IMG/VR virus record: IMGVR_UViG_3300027746_000644
Location: 30,400 to 94,399 of that record
DNA: 64,000 nucleotides
Reading direction: 5' to 3' (one strand)
Source of the DNA: a virus
The position numbers and the translations under genes were made by a program. Positions 47,346 to 55,349 of this stretch are shown piece by piece; position 1 is the first letter of the stretch; every line of letters starts with the position of its first letter. The notes under the pieces were generated by a model. It did not search any database. It saw nothing but the letters and a program-made list of their open reading frames with translations, and was not told the DNA's origin.

Positions 47346-47712
47346 AAGAGCACTTGATGAGAAAAGAGCACCCTGGACCAGTATCGAATACCGAACAAAA
47401 TCCTACTGGGTATTTAGAGATGCATACCCAGTCACTGAAGGACATTTGTTATTTGTGCCTACCGAAGAAAACTGGGAACATCTATGGGACTGTTTCAAAG
47501 GCGCATACAAATTTGGTCACGAAGGCGTCGAATCTGGCAGGTGGGACGCTTTTAATGTCGGACAAAATTGTGGCGAGGCTGCTGGACAAACAGTGATGTA
47601 TCCGCATGTACACATGATTCCAAGACGAGCAGGCGATATGCAGGATCCTCGTGGCGGGGTAAGACATGTTATACCAGAAAAGGGAAATTATAAAAATGCA
47701 AATAAGAGTTAA
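47329..47712 (+). CDS. HIT-family nucleotide hydrolase
   Basis: DAYPVTEGHLLFVP, AAGQTV, HVHMIPR. Confidence 0.92.
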   Translation: MATTLERALDEKRAPWTSIEYRTKSYWVFRDAYPVTEGHLLFVPTEENWEHLWDCFKGAYKFGHEGVESGRWDAFNVGQNCGEAAGQTVMYPHVHMIPRRAGDMQDPRGGVRHVIPEKGNYKNANKS

Positions 47713-47896
47713 AGAAAATCCAGAAGAATTTGGCAAATGCGGTTGCGGTCGTAGCCCTAACGGAAAATGTATTGGATGGCATGGCTTGACTGAAGAGCAA
47801 TACCAAACAGCCAAACACGATTACGAATTAAATGAATATAAAAAACAAGCACAAGAGTTGTGGAATGATAGTTGCACTAGCGGTCGAGCTGAGTGA
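47696..47896 (+). CDS. Small CDGSH-like Fe-S/zinc-finger protein
   Basis: CGCGRSPNGKCIGWH. Confidence 0.65.
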   Translation: MQIRVKENPEEFGKCGCGRSPNGKCIGWHGLTEEQYQTAKHDYELNEYKKQAQELWNDSCTSGRAE

Positions 47897-48096
47897 TTAC
47901 TGAAAATACCGTCACCGTAACGTGGAACAACCAAAATGGCTTTTGGTGGAATGAAACGTGTGCTGTTGTATTGGAAGTATTTGGATTGCCTGGCAACCGA
48001 TACGTTACTAAACCCAGTCACGATGCCATGTTCTTTGATTTTAAAAATAAAAAGGATGCTGACTTATGCAGAATACTCCTAAGCGAGAGATTGTAG
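47893..48096 (+). CDS. Hypothetical protein
   Basis: GTGA overlap; WNETCA.VLEVFGLPG. Confidence 0.6.
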   Translation: MITENTVTVTWNNQNGFWWNETCAVVLEVFGLPGNRYVTKPSHDAMFFDFKNKKDADLCRILLSERL

Positions 48097-48281
48097 AAAT
48101 AGCAGTAGTGGTTATTGTATTTTTGATAGTAATACCCATGATGTTTTCAGCACTTCCAAAAAAATCAGACGGAGTTTGGATCAATTGTGGACTTTCAGAA
48201 ATAAGTCCAGACTTTACTACGGAAATGCGCGAAGCATGTAGACAACTTCGAGCAACAAATAACTTGCAAAAACCTAAATAA
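48066..48281 (+). CDS. Small membrane-anchored protein
   Basis: One TM segment, then C..SEISPDF...C. Confidence 0.55.
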   Translation: MQNTPKREIVEIAVVVIVFLIVIPMMFSALPKKSDGVWINCGLSEISPDFTTEMREACRQLRATNNLQKPK

Positions 48282-48292
48282 ACCTATATACT
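48264..48292 (+). promoter_or_regulatory. Sigma70-type promoter for folE
   Basis: TTGCAA, 17 bp, TATACT; spacer also holds a TAAATA box. Confidence 0.55.
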
Positions 48293-48311
48293 ATAACACA
48301 TAGGAGTAATA

Positions 48312-49142
48312 ATGACTAAAGAATTCACACCAGATCCCCAACTTAAACCTGCGCCAGAATTTAAATCCGACGAGTATGTACCTTTAAAAAAAGAAGTATA
48401 TGTCAAAAAAGAGACTGGCTTAGATGCTATGGCAGGCAATGGTGGCTATAAAGAAGGAACTTTGGCAGGAGCAATCCGCATGAAAATGAAACGTGATAAT
48501 AAACGTTTCTGGGCAGGGGATAATATCAGTGATTATCTGCACGACAGTGATAAAGAACACTTGATTACTGAAGCAACTCTTGCATTTGAGAAAGTTTTAG
48601 ATGCATTACTTATTGATCGTGAAACGGATCCCAACAGCAAGGGCACAGCCAAGCGACTGGCTAAAATGTATTTTAATGAAGTAATGGCAGGACGATATGA
48701 ACCTGCACCCGATGCAACAGCATTTCCAAATGATTCGACAGACCGTTATGAAGGTATGCTTGTGGTCCGCAGTGAGCTACGTAGTATGTGTAGCCATCAT
48801 CACCAACCCGTTAGTGGTGTTGCTTATATTGGTATTATTGCCGCTGAAAAACTCATTGGTCTTAGCAAGTATACTCGTATTGCACAGTGGTGTGCTCGAC
48901 GTGGTACTTTACAAGAAGAGTTATGTAATGACATTGCTAGAGAAATCCAAAAAGCCACAGGAGCCGAAAACCTAGGCGTATACATTCAAGCCACGCATGG
49001 TTGCTGTGAAAATCGCGGCATTATGGCACACAGTAGCCTGACACAGACCACGGTATTACAAGGATCATTTAAAACTGATCCAGGCGCAAAGAAAGAATTT
49101 TTTGACAATATCAAAATGCAACAGGAGTTTGCCCCAAGATGA
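48312..49142 (+). CDS. folE: GTP cyclohydrolase I
   Basis: DPNSKGTAKRLAKMY, SMCSHH, GLSK, LQEEL, HGCC..RG. Confidence 0.95.
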   Translation: MTKEFTPDPQLKPAPEFKSDEYVPLKKEVYVKKETGLDAMAGNGGYKEGTLAGAIRMKMKRDNKRFWAGDNISDYLHDSDKEHLITEATLAFEKVLDALLIDRETDPNSKGTAKRLAKMYFNEVMAGRYEPAPDATAFPNDSTDRYEGMLVVRSELRSMCSHHHQPVSGVAYIGIIAAEKLIGLSKYTRIAQWCARRGTLQEELCNDIAREIQKATGAENLGVYIQATHGCCENRGIMAHSSLTQTTVLQGSFKTDPGAKKEFFDNIKMQQEFAPR

Positions 49143-49357
49143 CAACAGCCCAAGAACTAACTGATCAATTGATCAATCGTGCAAAGAATTTAAAAGAGTT
49201 TGTGGTAGAACGAGAATGGGAAAGTATTCCAACCGGTATTGTTCGATTTAACATACAACATACACAAGGACATCTTGCTAGAATTTTTGTTCCGGCTCTT
49301 ACACAAACTGAAGCTGAGGAAATGGTGGACGAATGGTTTGAAGAGGATGTGGAATGA
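49139..49357 (+). CDS. Hypothetical protein
   Basis: ATGA overlap with folE. Confidence 0.6.
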   Translation: MTTAQELTDQLINRAKNLKEFVVEREWESIPTGIVRFNIQHTQGHLARIFVPALTQTEAEEMVDEWFEEDVE

Positions 49358-49527
49358 ATCCAAAATATTTGTACACTATTAAATGGACACAACCATATGC
49401 TACTTACCAAATGCGACCATATCTTCGTCACTTGCGTAATGAATATGAAACTCAAATTGAAGCCAGATTAAGTCGCGGTGAGTTTGATGATGCAAAAACA
49501 GTGATAGGAAGGATCATGGCATTATGA
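49354..49527 (+). CDS. Hypothetical 57-aa protein (absent from the ORF track)
   Basis: MNPKYLYTIKWTQPY...GRIMAL*; ATGA overlaps at both ends; GAGG SD. Confidence 0.7.
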   Translation: MNPKYLYTIKWTQPYATYQMRPYLRHLRNEYETQIEARLSRGEFDDAKTVIGRIMAL

Positions 49528-49832
49528 ATTGGTTTAAACGAATGATTGGCCGGTGGGCTTATGAATACCGAGACACTCCTGACGATGTGGCAAATGAATG
49601 TTATCCAAGCACCAAAATGAGCCGTGGCAACACTATTAGCACTGGGCGTGGTATTGATAGCGAGCCTACTTTAAATTTCAAAGTATACAGTGCGGTAGGT
49701 GGTAAGATTGTGGAGTTTAGTCGCTATGATCCAAAGTCTGACAGACATGATCGTCAAATGTATATTATTGGTAGAGATGAAGACTTTGGCGAAAAGATTG
49801 CTAAAATTTCAACACTGGAGGTATTACGATGA
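49524..49832 (+). CDS. Hypothetical protein
   Basis: FKVYSAVGGKIVEF..YD motif; ATGA overlap. Confidence 0.65.
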   Translation: MNWFKRMIGRWAYEYRDTPDDVANECYPSTKMSRGNTISTGRGIDSEPTLNFKVYSAVGGKIVEFSRYDPKSDRHDRQMYIIGRDEDFGEKIAKISTLEVLR

Positions 49833-50218
49833 ACGCACAATTACCAGCAGAAGGCATAATGAAAACAAATGATTGGGGAGACAGCAGAGTCTACCGAATT
49901 GCGTGTAACTGTCATGACGAAACACATAATCATAACATGTGGGTAGAAGCAGATGACTGCGATATTCAAGTAACCATTTATACCACAGGCAAAACAAACT
50001 GGTGGAGTAAAACACGTTGGCATCATATTTGGACATTGTTGACCAAAGGATATATTGATACCGAATCTTCAGTACACCTAACCAAACAACAAGCACTCAA
50101 TTATGCTGAAACTTTGAAAAGTGCTATAACAGATCTTGAAGATTTTCGAAATGCTAGACAAAATAAAGAAGAACGTGTTACAATAACAAAAATGGCAAAT
50201 GAACAGGATTGTGTATGA
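49829..50218 (+). CDS. Hypothetical protein (CxC...H)
   Basis: GGAGG SD; ATGA overlap. Confidence 0.65.
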   Translation: MNAQLPAEGIMKTNDWGDSRVYRIACNCHDETHNHNMWVEADDCDIQVTIYTTGKTNWWSKTRWHHIWTLLTKGYIDTESSVHLTKQQALNYAETLKSAITDLEDFRNARQNKEERVTITKMANEQDCV

Positions 50219-51066
50219 GTAAAATTAAAATTGCTGAATTATTCTACAGCATACAAGGCGAAGGACGTTACATGGGTGTACCGTCCGTTTTCTTACGAAC
50301 ATTTGGTTGTAATTTTAAGTGTGCTGGTTTTGGTATGAGTCGAGGCATGCTGAGTCAAGAAGCTGACGAAATTGCAAGTGTTGCTCATATGTTTACAAAA
50401 TATGAAGATTTACCGTTAGTCAGCACAGGCTGTGACAGCTATGCCAGTTGGCATCCTGACTTTAAAAATTTAAGTCCTGTGATGGAAACAGATGGTATTG
50501 CAGAACGTATTGCAGAAATACTTCCACATAAAACTTGGGTTGACGAACACTTGGTTATCACAGGCGGCGAACCGTTGTTAGGTTGGCAACGTGCATATCC
50601 AGATTTGTTGGATCATGTTTACATGAAGCAATTGAAAGAAATTACTTTTGAAACAAATGGTACTCAATTGCTAACACCAGAATTTAAAGAATATTTGCAA
50701 GAATGGTCTATGCAGATTCCTGGAGAACGTTGTGTGACTTTCAGTGTCAGTGCCAAACTCAGTTGCAGTGGAGAAGCAAGACACGAAGCAATTAAACCCG
50801 AAGTTGTTAACGACTATCAAGATGCTGGCTATGTGTATTTGAAGTTTGTTGTTGCAACAGAAGATGATGCGGCAGAAGCAATTGAAACAGCGGACATTTA
50901 TAGAGAAAACGGATTCACTGGTCCAGTATATCTAATGCCAGTTGGCGGTGTAGAAAGCGTCTATGCATTAAACAATCGGCGTGTTGCAGAACTTGCTATG
51001 AAAAACGGCTTGCGTTACAGCGACAGATTACAAGTGCCATTATTTAAAAATGAGTGGGGTACATAA
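50215..51066 (+). CDS. queE: 7-carboxy-7-deazaguanine synthase (radical SAM)
   Basis: ELFYSIQGEG, FLRTFGCNFKC...CDS, VITGGEP, ETNGT, LMPVG, RLQV. Confidence 0.92.
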   Translation: MSKIKIAELFYSIQGEGRYMGVPSVFLRTFGCNFKCAGFGMSRGMLSQEADEIASVAHMFTKYEDLPLVSTGCDSYASWHPDFKNLSPVMETDGIAERIAEILPHKTWVDEHLVITGGEPLLGWQRAYPDLLDHVYMKQLKEITFETNGTQLLTPEFKEYLQEWSMQIPGERCVTFSVSAKLSCSGEARHEAIKPEVVNDYQDAGYVYLKFVVATEDDAAEAIETADIYRENGFTGPVYLMPVGGVESVYALNNRRVAELAMKNGLRYSDRLQVPLFKNEWGT

Positions 51067-51500
51067 TGAAACAGTTTGTTAAACGTATTTTTGGTATCAC
51101 CAAGCTAGAGGAAGAAAAAGCAGAATTGCAAACGGCTCGAGATAAAGCAATTGCTGAAACTTATTTGGCAAAACAACAAGAGGAACACGCAAAACTGACT
51201 CCAAAAGAACGTGCCACTGCCAAAGGAGAACCGTGGGTTGCTGTACTAGATACTCATGTGAACAAAGACAATATTAGAAATGGATTCTTTGAGCTTGACT
51301 GGAACGAGATATTTGTGTTAGAATTAAAACGTGCTGGATATGGATTTGATGGTGATCCAGACGAAGAGATCGTGGATCGTTGGTTTAGAGATTTGGCAAG
51401 AAATATGTTGGGCGAGGCTGGTGTTTCAGATCCCGGACGTGTAAATGCTGGATATATTAATGTAAGTAAATTACCAAATGGTAGGGCGCAAATAGAATGA
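51066..51500 (+). CDS. Hypothetical protein
   Basis: KERATAKGEPWVAVL...GFFELDWN...IVDRWF. Confidence 0.65.
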   Translation: MKQFVKRIFGITKLEEEKAELQTARDKAIAETYLAKQQEEHAKLTPKERATAKGEPWVAVLDTHVNKDNIRNGFFELDWNEIFVLELKRAGYGFDGDPDEEIVDRWFRDLARNMLGEAGVSDPGRVNAGYINVSKLPNGRAQIE

Positions 51501-52498
51501 CATATATCATAGTTGATACTGCTAACACGTTTTTTCGTGCTAGACACGTGGTACAAGGCAGTGCTGATATTAAACTTGGCATGGCTTTCCACATTACTTT
51601 CAACTCTATTAAAAAAGCGTGGCAAGACTTTGGCGGTAGTCATGTGGTGTTCTGCCTCGAAGGCAGATCGTGGCGCAAAGACTTTTATAAACCTTACAAA
51701 GCCAATAGGCAAGAAACCAGAGCCGCAATGACGCAACGAGAACAAGATGAAGACAAATTGTTCTGGGAAGCATTTGACGAATTTAAAAAATTTGTTACAG
51801 AAAAGACCAACTGTACTGTGATGCAACATCCTAATCTAGAAGCTGATGATTTGATTGCTGGTTGGGTGCAAGCACATCCGCAAGACAAACATGTTATCAT
51901 TTCAACAGATGGAGATTTTGCACAACTTATTAATAGCAATGTGAGTCAGTACAATGGTGTAGGAGATTTACATATCACACACGAAGGTACATTTGATGCA
52001 AAAGGTAAACCAGTCAAAGACAAAAAGACCGGCGAACCCAAAGCCGCACAAGATCCAGAATGGATGCTGTTTGAAAAATGTATGCGTGGTGATACCAGTG
52101 ATAATGTCTTCTCAGCGTATCCAGGTGTGCGTACTAAAGGTTCTAAAAACAAGGTTGGTCTTACTGAAGCGTTCGAAGATCGTAAAAGCCGCGGATATGC
52201 GTGGAACAATCTCATGCTTCAGAGATGGTCTGACCACAACGGTGTAGAACATCGTGTGTTAGAAGATTATCAGCGCAACATACAACTATGTGACCTTACA
52301 GCGCAACCTGCAGAAATTAAACAAAAGATTGTAGAAACAATACAAATAAATGCAGTTCCCAAAACAGTAGATCAAGTGGGTATCCGTATGCTAAAATTCT
52401 GTAATACATGGGACATGAAAAAGATTTCTGATAATATACAAACATATGCAGAGCCATTCCAAGCTAGATATCAAGGAACAATTCAAAATGAAATGTAA
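51497..52498 (+). CDS. T4 RNase H-like 5'-3' exonuclease / flap endonuclease
   Basis: IVDTAN, SWRKDFYKPYKANR, EADD, STDGDF, GDTSDN. Confidence 0.9.
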   Translation: MTYIIVDTANTFFRARHVVQGSADIKLGMAFHITFNSIKKAWQDFGGSHVVFCLEGRSWRKDFYKPYKANRQETRAAMTQREQDEDKLFWEAFDEFKKFVTEKTNCTVMQHPNLEADDLIAGWVQAHPQDKHVIISTDGDFAQLINSNVSQYNGVGDLHITHEGTFDAKGKPVKDKKTGEPKAAQDPEWMLFEKCMRGDTSDNVFSAYPGVRTKGSKNKVGLTEAFEDRKSRGYAWNNLMLQRWSDHNGVEHRVLEDYQRNIQLCDLTAQPAEIKQKIVETIQINAVPKTVDQVGIRMLKFCNTWDMKKISDNIQTYAEPFQARYQGTIQNEM

Positions 52499-52634
52499 TT
52501 TTTGTGATCGGGAAGTTGTTGCAAATTGCGATTGGAATCAAGGAAGGTGTCCTCATCGGGCTCCAATGCTGACAGATTATCATTTTAGATATTTCAATTT
52601 GTTACAAACAATTAAAGGATGGTTTAAAAAATGA
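52488..52634 (+). CDS. Small Cys-rich protein
   Basis: AAGGA SD; CNFC...C...CPH. Confidence 0.5.
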   Translation: MKCNFCDREVVANCDWNQGRCPHRAPMLTDYHFRYFNLLQTIKGWFKK

Positions 52635-53122
52635 CAGAGATTTATGCAAAGCCCATTGTGGATGGCAAATTTTGGATTGTAGAAAAGGATGGCTCTAAAA
52701 TTGCCACGCTACATAAAAAAGAAAATAATAAATTTGTTTTGAGTAGTACCAACGGCGAAGTAATGTTTAATAAAAAACAAGACCTTACCAAACAGTTTGG
52801 AGATGGATTTTTCCTATCTAGCAGTAAAGTTAAGGTCAGTGTTACCTCTTCAGAAGAAGAAAATTTTGAATGCCACGGTTACCCAGTATTGTGTGAACCG
52901 TTTAACAGTATGTACGATGTGAGACGTAAATTGGCATTGTTTACAAAATCTAATGCCAGTAAAAGTTTGTACTGTGCTGGTTATTATATCATTAAATTTA
53001 ACAAAGGATGGGTCAAGAGTTTTTGTCCAAAAGCAATTACTATTGAACGATATCCTTTCAAAGGACCGTTTAAAGATAAGCTAGAAATGAAGGCAGTGTT
53101 ATCAAATGCAAAATCCTATTAA
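52631..53122 (+). CDS. Hypothetical protein
   Basis: AKPIVDGKFWIVE...FTKS..SKSLYCAGYY...FCPK. Confidence 0.7.
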   Translation: MTEIYAKPIVDGKFWIVEKDGSKIATLHKKENNKFVLSSTNGEVMFNKKQDLTKQFGDGFFLSSSKVKVSVTSSEEENFECHGYPVLCEPFNSMYDVRRKLALFTKSNASKSLYCAGYYIIKFNKGWVKSFCPKAITIERYPFKGPFKDKLEMKAVLSNAKSY

Positions 53123-53354
53123 TTTAACTCCCATAACACAATTTGTTCAGCTACTTCGTGTAGCTGAACTTAACCAACAAAAAGAACTTAAACTAACTAT
53201 ACAGCAAGCACGGTTACTTAATCTTGCGTTAACTGAGACGTTGGATAAATTAAATAGAGATTGGGAAACATTGTACAATGCCCTTAAAAATACACAAGAC
53301 ACAGAAACAATAACTGTTGCCATGGATGGCGGAGGCTTCGTAGAGCCTAAATAA
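53106..53354 (+). CDS. Hypothetical protein
   Basis: Helical; C-terminal MDGGGF. Confidence 0.6.
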   Translation: MQNPINLTPITQFVQLLRVAELNQQKELKLTIQQARLLNLALTETLDKLNRDWETLYNALKNTQDTETITVAMDGGGFVEPK

Positions 53355-53393
53355 AAAGATAAATATATGCGTACTTATCAAGAGACGCATATT

Positions 53394-53678
53394 ATGAGCA
53401 GACCCAAACCAAAAGTATTGTTAGAATACACTAACAAAAAAACTTACAAATCTGAACAGATTTTAGAATCTGAAGCCATTTGGGCTGTGTTTTATAAGAA
53501 TGAACCGTTTAATCTAAAATCGTTTAACAGCCTTACCAGCTATCCGGGCCCCAAATACAAAAAGACCAGTTTTTCAAATCCTGGACACGCATTGAATCTT
53601 GCCAAAAAATTAAATTTAACATTTGGTACTGAAGATTTTCAAGTTATTAAATTGACTGCTGGCACTGTGGTAAAATGA
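53394..53678 (+). CDS. Hypothetical protein
   Basis: MSRPKPKVLL...YPGPKYKKTSFSNPGHA; TAAATA boxes upstream. Confidence 0.65.
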   Translation: MSRPKPKVLLEYTNKKTYKSEQILESEAIWAVFYKNEPFNLKSFNSLTSYPGPKYKKTSFSNPGHALNLAKKLNLTFGTEDFQVIKLTAGTVVK

Positions 53679-54064
53679 TAAGCCGACTTGCATTAACCAA
53701 AGTATTTTTACAACAATGGGGTAAGAGTACAGATGATGCAAATTTAGAGTTGTATGGAAGACGATGGTGGCAGTCAAATCGAGTCAACAAGCCCAACGCA
53801 TTCAGACTGAGCGACGAAGGTTATGAGTTTTTAACGAAAACGTTAGAAATTCAGATGTACGAAATTCCATTTACTGAGCCAATTGAACTCAGTCCTCAAA
53901 CAATCATATTTTTGGAAAAATATATCGATTGCCCATACTACTTAACAAACCAAAGTATTACTGTATTTTCCGAACGTAAAAGTTTTGAATTGTACTTGTT
54001 TTCGGACGATATCCGAAAATTTGGTTTGGTTAAGGCCATGACTGAACGCCAAAAAGAATCTTAA
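53675..54064 (+). CDS. Hypothetical protein (possible winged-helix, RLSDEG)
   Basis: ATGA overlap. Confidence 0.6.
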   Translation: MISRLALTKVFLQQWGKSTDDANLELYGRRWWQSNRVNKPNAFRLSDEGYEFLTKTLEIQMYEIPFTEPIELSPQTIIFLEKYIDCPYYLTNQSITVFSERKSFELYLFSDDIRKFGLVKAMTERQKES

Positions 54065-54102
54065 CTTTTGGTTAAATTCAGGTATACTACTTGAAAAAAT
54101 GC

Positions 54103-54131
54103 TTGACTTAGTTGCGGTTATGCCATATAAT
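54103..54131 (+). promoter_or_regulatory. Sigma70-type promoter
   Basis: TTGACT, 17 bp, TATAAT. Confidence 0.8.
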
Positions 54132-54181
54132 ATACACATAGCTTAATTTTTTAACCCCGCTAACTTAAGATAGGAAACAGT

Positions 54182-55276
54182 ATGAGCGAGATCCTTAGCC
54201 GCACAGTCGGTCCAAAAAACGCAAAAAAATCTTTGCGCAAGGCCTTTAAAAACAAACGTCCAATTTTCCTATGGGGTCCTCCCGGAATTGGTAAATCGGA
54301 CATCATCAAACAACTTGGTGATGAACTGGAAGCTCACGTAATTGATGTACGTTTGAGCTTGTGGGAACCTACTGACATTAAAGGTATTCCATATTTTGAC
54401 TCAAACATTAACAAAATGGTTTGGGCTCCTCCTAGCGAATTGCCAGATTCAGAAATGGCAAAACAACATAAACTCATTATTTTGTTTATGGATGAAATGA
54501 ATAGTGCGGCTCCCAGTGTACAGGCCGCGGCTTATCAATTGATTTTGAATCGCCGTGTGGGTACTTACAAATTGCCAGACAATGTTGTTATGGTTGCCGC
54601 AGGTAATCGTGAAACTGACAAGGGTGTTACATTCCGTATGCCTGCTCCGCTGGCTAACCGTTTTGTTCATTTGGAAATGACTGTGGAATGGGATGACTAT
54701 TTTGAGTGGGCCGCTGAAAACAAAGTTCACAAGGACGTGGTTGGCTTCTTGAGTTTTTCTAAAAAGGACTTGTACGATTTTGATCCAAAGTCAAGCTCAC
54801 GTGCTTTTGCTACTCCACGTAGCTGGTCCTTTGTCAGCGAATTGTTGCACGACGACGACACCGATGCAGACACATTGACTGACTTGGTGAGTGGTTCGGT
54901 AGGTGAAGGTCTTGCTCTTAAATTTATGGCTCACCGTAAACATTCCAGCAAAATGCCAAACCCAAGCGATATTTTGGACGGCAAGGTTAAGAAAATGGAC
55001 ACTAAGGAAATTAGTGCCATGTATTCTTTGACTGTGTCCCTGTGCTACGAATTGAAAGATGCTTGCGATAAGAAAGATAAAAATTGGAACAATAAAGTTA
55101 ATAACTTCTTCCAATTTATTATGGATAATTTTGAAACAGAATTGGTTATCATGGGAACTAAGTTGGCTTTGAGTACTTACAAATTGCCACTGGATCCAGA
55201 TGAAATTGCCTGTTTTGACGCATTCCATCAAAAATTTGGTAAGTACATTGCCCAGGCAACTGACAAGACTAAGTAA
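54182..55276 (+). CDS. MoxR-type AAA+ ATPase
   Basis: GPPGIGKS, LFMDE, AAGN, PLANRF, TPRSW. Confidence 0.9.
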   Translation: MSEILSRTVGPKNAKKSLRKAFKNKRPIFLWGPPGIGKSDIIKQLGDELEAHVIDVRLSLWEPTDIKGIPYFDSNINKMVWAPPSELPDSEMAKQHKLIILFMDEMNSAAPSVQAAAYQLILNRRVGTYKLPDNVVMVAAGNRETDKGVTFRMPAPLANRFVHLEMTVEWDDYFEWAAENKVHKDVVGFLSFSKKDLYDFDPKSSSRAFATPRSWSFVSELLHDDDTDADTLTDLVSGSVGEGLALKFMAHRKHSSKMPNPSDILDGKVKKMDTKEISAMYSLTVSLCYELKDACDKKDKNWNNKVNNFFQFIMDNFETELVIMGTKLALSTYKLPLDPDEIACFDAFHQKFGKYIAQATDKTK

Positions 55277-55291
55277 TTGAAAATGTAATAA

Positions 55292-55320
55292 TTGACACCG
55301 CCTCCGGGCGGTGTTATAAT
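55292..55320 (+). promoter_or_regulatory. Consensus sigma70 promoter with extended -10 and palindromic spacer
   Basis: TTGACA, 17 bp, TATAAT preceded by TGn; ACACCGCC-tccg-GGCGGTGT. Confidence 0.85.
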
Positions 55321-55349
55321 ATATACATACAGTAAATTCAGGAGAAGAT

